From the NCBI RefSeq assembly GCF_964213995.1, contig NW_027590137.1, positions 806,001 to 870,000 of the forward strand: DNA of 64,000 nucleotides. The letters run 5' to 3'. Each line of letters begins with the position of its first letter. The stretch's first letter is position 1. Of the stretch, positions 60,161-64,000 are shown in pieces. Source of the stretch: Mustelus asterias. Lineage: Eukaryota. The position numbers and the translations under genes are program-made. The notes under the pieces were generated by a model. It ran no database searches. It was not told the origin of the DNA and worked only from the letters and a program-made list of their open reading frames with translations.

Positions 60161-61187
60161 CAAGGTGGCTGTTTTTCTCTCTCTCAGTTGTGGGTGATAT
60201 TTGTCTCTATTCTCCTGGAAACTGAATGAATCTTGTTCCAAACTGGGTTCAATATCAGACATTTCAGGGAGTCAGGAATCATTCGCCCCTGAACCTACAC
60301 TGGTAAAACCCCAGACAGTTCCTCAGTAAGGATTTTTCTGGTTCCTCACCATATATTAGTCAGGATACTGAAACCCAGCTTTTTTACAGTCCACTCCTGG
60401 AGGTCCCACTCCCTGAGCCTACAACATTCAGCAGTGTCAGTGCTGAAGTTTCACAGTGGGAGTGATTCCCAGAGTAACTGTCAATCATATCACCATTGAT
60501 GTCCAGGTTTGTGTATTTTTAGTTATCCTGATGTCTAACACACACACATCAATAAAACAGGGAATTCCTGCAAACAAACTGCAGCTTCTTCTCTATCTGG
60601 AGATCCAATGTTTGTTGAATAATTGTCCCAGCGGTTAACAGGCTCCTGTGAACTCATCCAACTCGTATTTTAATACTGACTTTAACAAATATATTTTAAA
60701 TAGGTTTATTTTAAATAAGTTAAAACCAGCCTTAAAATGGTAGATATAGTATAATAACCACAGTACTTTTCAGACTGGAAACTTTAACCTGCTGTTTCAC
60801 TTTGATTTAGGAGCAGATCCCAGTTTTACACCAATCTCTGATTCATGTATCCAGCATTCACCGTCATTCTAAAAGCAGAAGTTGCTGCAAAATCTCAGTA
60901 AGTCTGACAGAATCTGTAAAGACAGGAACAGTTAATGTTTCCAGTTGAATGTGACTCTTCTTCAGTGTCAAAACATTAGCTCTGTTTCTCTCTCCAGAGA
61001 TGCTGTCAGACCTGCTGAGTTTTTACAGCACTTCTTGTTTTTATTTACGAGTTCAGGACTCAGACAAGACAATCCACAATACAAATCTTACAACTGGGCC
61101 AGGGTTTATTAACATCAGCAGAAACAGACACCAATGAAAATGGTTGGGACCTCGATGAGATTAACAGCAAAATTCAGTCCTTGCAGT

Positions 61188-61592
61188 CACTCGTGAACAT
61201 GATGGTGTTTCAGCAGGTGAGGTGACTGAGTGAATCCCTTCCCACACACGGAGCAGGTGAATGGCCTGTCCCCAGTGTGAATTCGCTGGTGCTTTATCAG
61301 GTTGGATGATTTGACTGAATCCCTTGCCACAATCAGAGGAGGTGAATGGTCTCTCCCCAGTGTGAACTCGCTGGTGCCTCCGCAGGCTGGATGAATCAAT
61401 AAATCCCTTCCCACAACTGGAGCAAGTGAATGGCCTCTCTCCAGTGTGACTTGGCTGGTGTTTTAGCAGGTTGAATAACTGAGTAAATCCCTTCCCACAC
61501 TCGGAGCAGATAAATGGCCTCTCCCTATTATGAATTCTCTGGTGTTTCAGCACGTCGGATGAATCAGTGAATCCCTTCCCACAATCAGAGCA
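61188..61592 (-). pseudogene. 5'-truncated, frameshifted C2H2 array (about 5 fingers)
   Basis: Fused to the 3' UTR of the upstream gene at about 61592; frameshift near 61312. Confidence 0.8.
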
Positions 61593-61685
61593 TCCTCCCC
61601 ATTGGCCAACTGTGAGAATGAACAAAATGCAGTCCTGGATGTAACTGAGAGCAGAAATAATAACAGCAGAATCCAACCCCTGGAA

Positions 61686-62192
61686 TCACTCGTGAACTCG
61701 TTGGTGTCTCAGCAGGTGGGATGACCGAGTGAATCTCTTCCCACACTGAGAGCAGGTGAATGGCCTCTCCCCAGTGTGAACTCGCTGGTGTATCCGCAGG
61801 CTGGATAATCGAGTGAATCTCTTCTCACATTGAGAGCAGGTGAACAGCCTCTCCCCAGTGTGAACTCGCTGGTGGCTCAGCAGGCTGGATGAATCACAGA
61901 ATCCCTTCCCACACTGAGAGCACATGAACAGCCTCTCCCCAGTGTGAACTCGGTGGTGTGACTGCAGATGGGATGACCGAGTGAATCCCTTCCCACACTG
62001 AGAACACGTGAACGGTCTCTCTCCAGTGTGAACTCCCTGGTGTGACCGCAGGTGGGATAACTGAGTGAATCCCTCTCCACACTGAGAGCAGGTGAACGGC
62101 CTCTCCCCAGTGTGGCTGCGCCGATGAGCTTCCAGCTGTGATGGGGCTCTGTATCTCTTCCCACAGTCCCCACATTTCCATGGTTTCTCCAT
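61686..62192 (-). CDS. C2H2 zinc-finger protein, 6 fingers
   Basis: accATGG start, 168 aa; paralog of the 18394 and 31361 genes; acceptor near 62545. Confidence 0.8.
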   Translation of the reverse strand: MEKPWKCGDCGKRYRAPSQLEAHRRSHTGERPFTCSQCGEGFTQLSHLRSHQGVHTGERPFTCSQCGKGFTRSSHLQSHHRVHTGERLFMCSQCGKGFCDSSSLLSHQRVHTGERLFTCSQCEKRFTRLSSLRIHQRVHTGERPFTCSQCGKRFTRSSHLLRHQRVHE

Positions 62193-63234
62193 GGTGCAGG
62201 TGTCCTTGCCTCTCTCTTGGGTGGACAATCAGTTGAAGCCTCGTCCACACACAGAACACGGGTACAGTCTCTCCCCGCTGTGAATGATGTGATATTTATT
62301 CAGGCTGTGTAACTGGTTAAAGCTCTTTAGTCAGTGCGCTGGAACACTCTCACTCGAGTGTGGCAGTGTGTTGGTGCTTTTCCAGTCACACTGATGTTTG
62401 AAATCTTTTCAAATCAACAGACTGGACAACCTTTTCTCCTTCTAGATTCAAAGGCCGATGATATTCAGGTCCCAAGGAATATGACTCTGTCAGATCTGAC
62501 GTGACGTTTGAGATTTCGGCCTGTGATTCCTCTTTCAATATCCTGTAAAACAAGTTTACAAAAGTCATCAGTATCAGTACAGGATAGAAATTCAGAACAG
62601 ACAATTCTAGTTTCTATGGAACATTCTTTCCTATTTCAGTCCCAAAAAGCTGTGAATCTCCATCCCACACACTCTCCCTCCATTCTCACTCTGCTGTATC
62701 TAATATTCACCCTCCCAATTCTCCTGAAGGTGCTGATTGAGGCTGATTGACAGATCCAGGCTCACTGCTTCCTGTCCTGGACACAGGGACCATAACAAAT
62801 AGGAGCTGCAGTCGGCCATTTGGCCCATCGAGTCTTTTAAACTATTCAATTAGATAATTTGTTCATCTACCTCAGCATCATTCTCCCCACACTAAACCCA
62901 TATCTCTTGATATCTTCAATATCTAGAAACCAATCAATCTCTCTCTTGAAAATAGTTGATGACTGAGGTTTCACTGTCCTCAGGGGTTGAGAATTCCAAA
63001 GCTTTACCACATCCTTGAGTGAAGAAATCCCCCCACATCTTAGCTTTTGCTCCATCTTCTTGTCTGTTCCCCATAACCCTTGACACCCTTGTCATCAAAG
63101 ATCTGTCTAACTGGAATATATTCAATGATCCTCAGCCTCCACTGGTCCCTGTGGAAGAGAAATCCAAAAGACTAACAACCCCCTGAGGGAAGAGATTTCT
63201 GGAAATATATAACGGAGCTACAGTTCCATATTAC

Positions 63235-63440
63235 AAGATATTCAGATCCCAAGGAATATGACTCTGTCCAGACGTGATGGTTGAGATTTTTGCCTGTGAT
63301 TCCTCGTTCAAAATCCTGTGAAATGAGTTTGCAAAAGTCATCACAGTCAGTATAGGATAGAAATTCAGAGCAGACAATTCTAGTTTCTATGGAACATTGT
63401 TTCCTATTTCATTCCCAAAAAGTTGTAAATCTCCATCCAT
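63235..63440 (-). pseudogene. orphan copy of the ZNF intron end and exon start
   Basis: Duplicates 62458-62665 but no finger array follows. Confidence 0.7.
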
Positions 63441-64000
63441 ATCTATGGATTCTATTTAAAAATGAAAGTGGATGGGCACTTGAAGGAAATACTTTCAGGA
63501 GAATGGGGATATAGAGTGGGAATGGGACTAGAATGTTATACAGAGAGTCAGCATGGACTCGAGTTACCAAATGGATTCCTTCTGTGCTGTAATGACTTTA
63601 TGACTGGAAATGTATAACATTGCTACAGTATTATATTACAATGCAAGAAATAATAAATATATTTTATTACAGAAACATAAATAATATATCTAATCTGGGT
63701 TCCATATAATAACACGAGACATATCTCTGTCCTATATTAATTTACTGTCCCCTTAAATGTCAGCCATCGCCTGCCCTTTAATTGTGAACATTAGGAAAGA
63801 GACCATCCTTTTAGACAGAAAGAAGATTAATGTTTCAGGGTGGGCAGAATGAATTACAGGGAATAAAAATGTATCAGATTTTGTTGGTCAATATAAGCTC
63901 AGAAGTGGAAGGGAAATGATCTCCAGTGGAAGAGGAACAATTCCTGAACATTGTAAGACTAAACTGGTAACTCAGCAGTGAATAGAGTTGTGAAGTGGTA

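Overview
Eukaryotic, repeat-dense vertebrate DNA, very likely from a shark or other elasmobranch (HE1-type V-SINEs, HER1/CR1 LINEs, shark-type Penelope remnants). It holds a cluster of KRAB-less C2H2 zinc-finger genes: about 8 long open finger arrays and about 5 remnants. Six of these sit in three head-to-head pairs around CpG-island promoters. They are interleaved with many CR1 LINEs (one essentially full length, 720-5585), Rex1 and L2 fragments, a solo LTR, a Copia-type LTR+PBS+gag remnant, SINEs and short palindromic Penelope-derived insertions, one with an intact minimal hammerhead core. Main observations: (1) a U-UUA-AAC -1 frameshift signal joins CR1 ORF1, whose esterase lacks its catalytic residues, to an ORF2 with no usable AUG; (2) ZNF genes start at a linker-derived ATG behind fossil fingers, carry tandem Kozak ATGs, and have arrays open in up to all three frames, with one frameshifted copy rescued by the second ATG; (3) Penelope fold-back insertions carry TSDs, and one captured a CR1 fragment; (4) one ZNF gene is a recombinant chimera and promoter motifs have been amplified as VNTRs. 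Coordinates were read by eye, so boundaries of old repeats are approximate. No database searches or folding computations were run.
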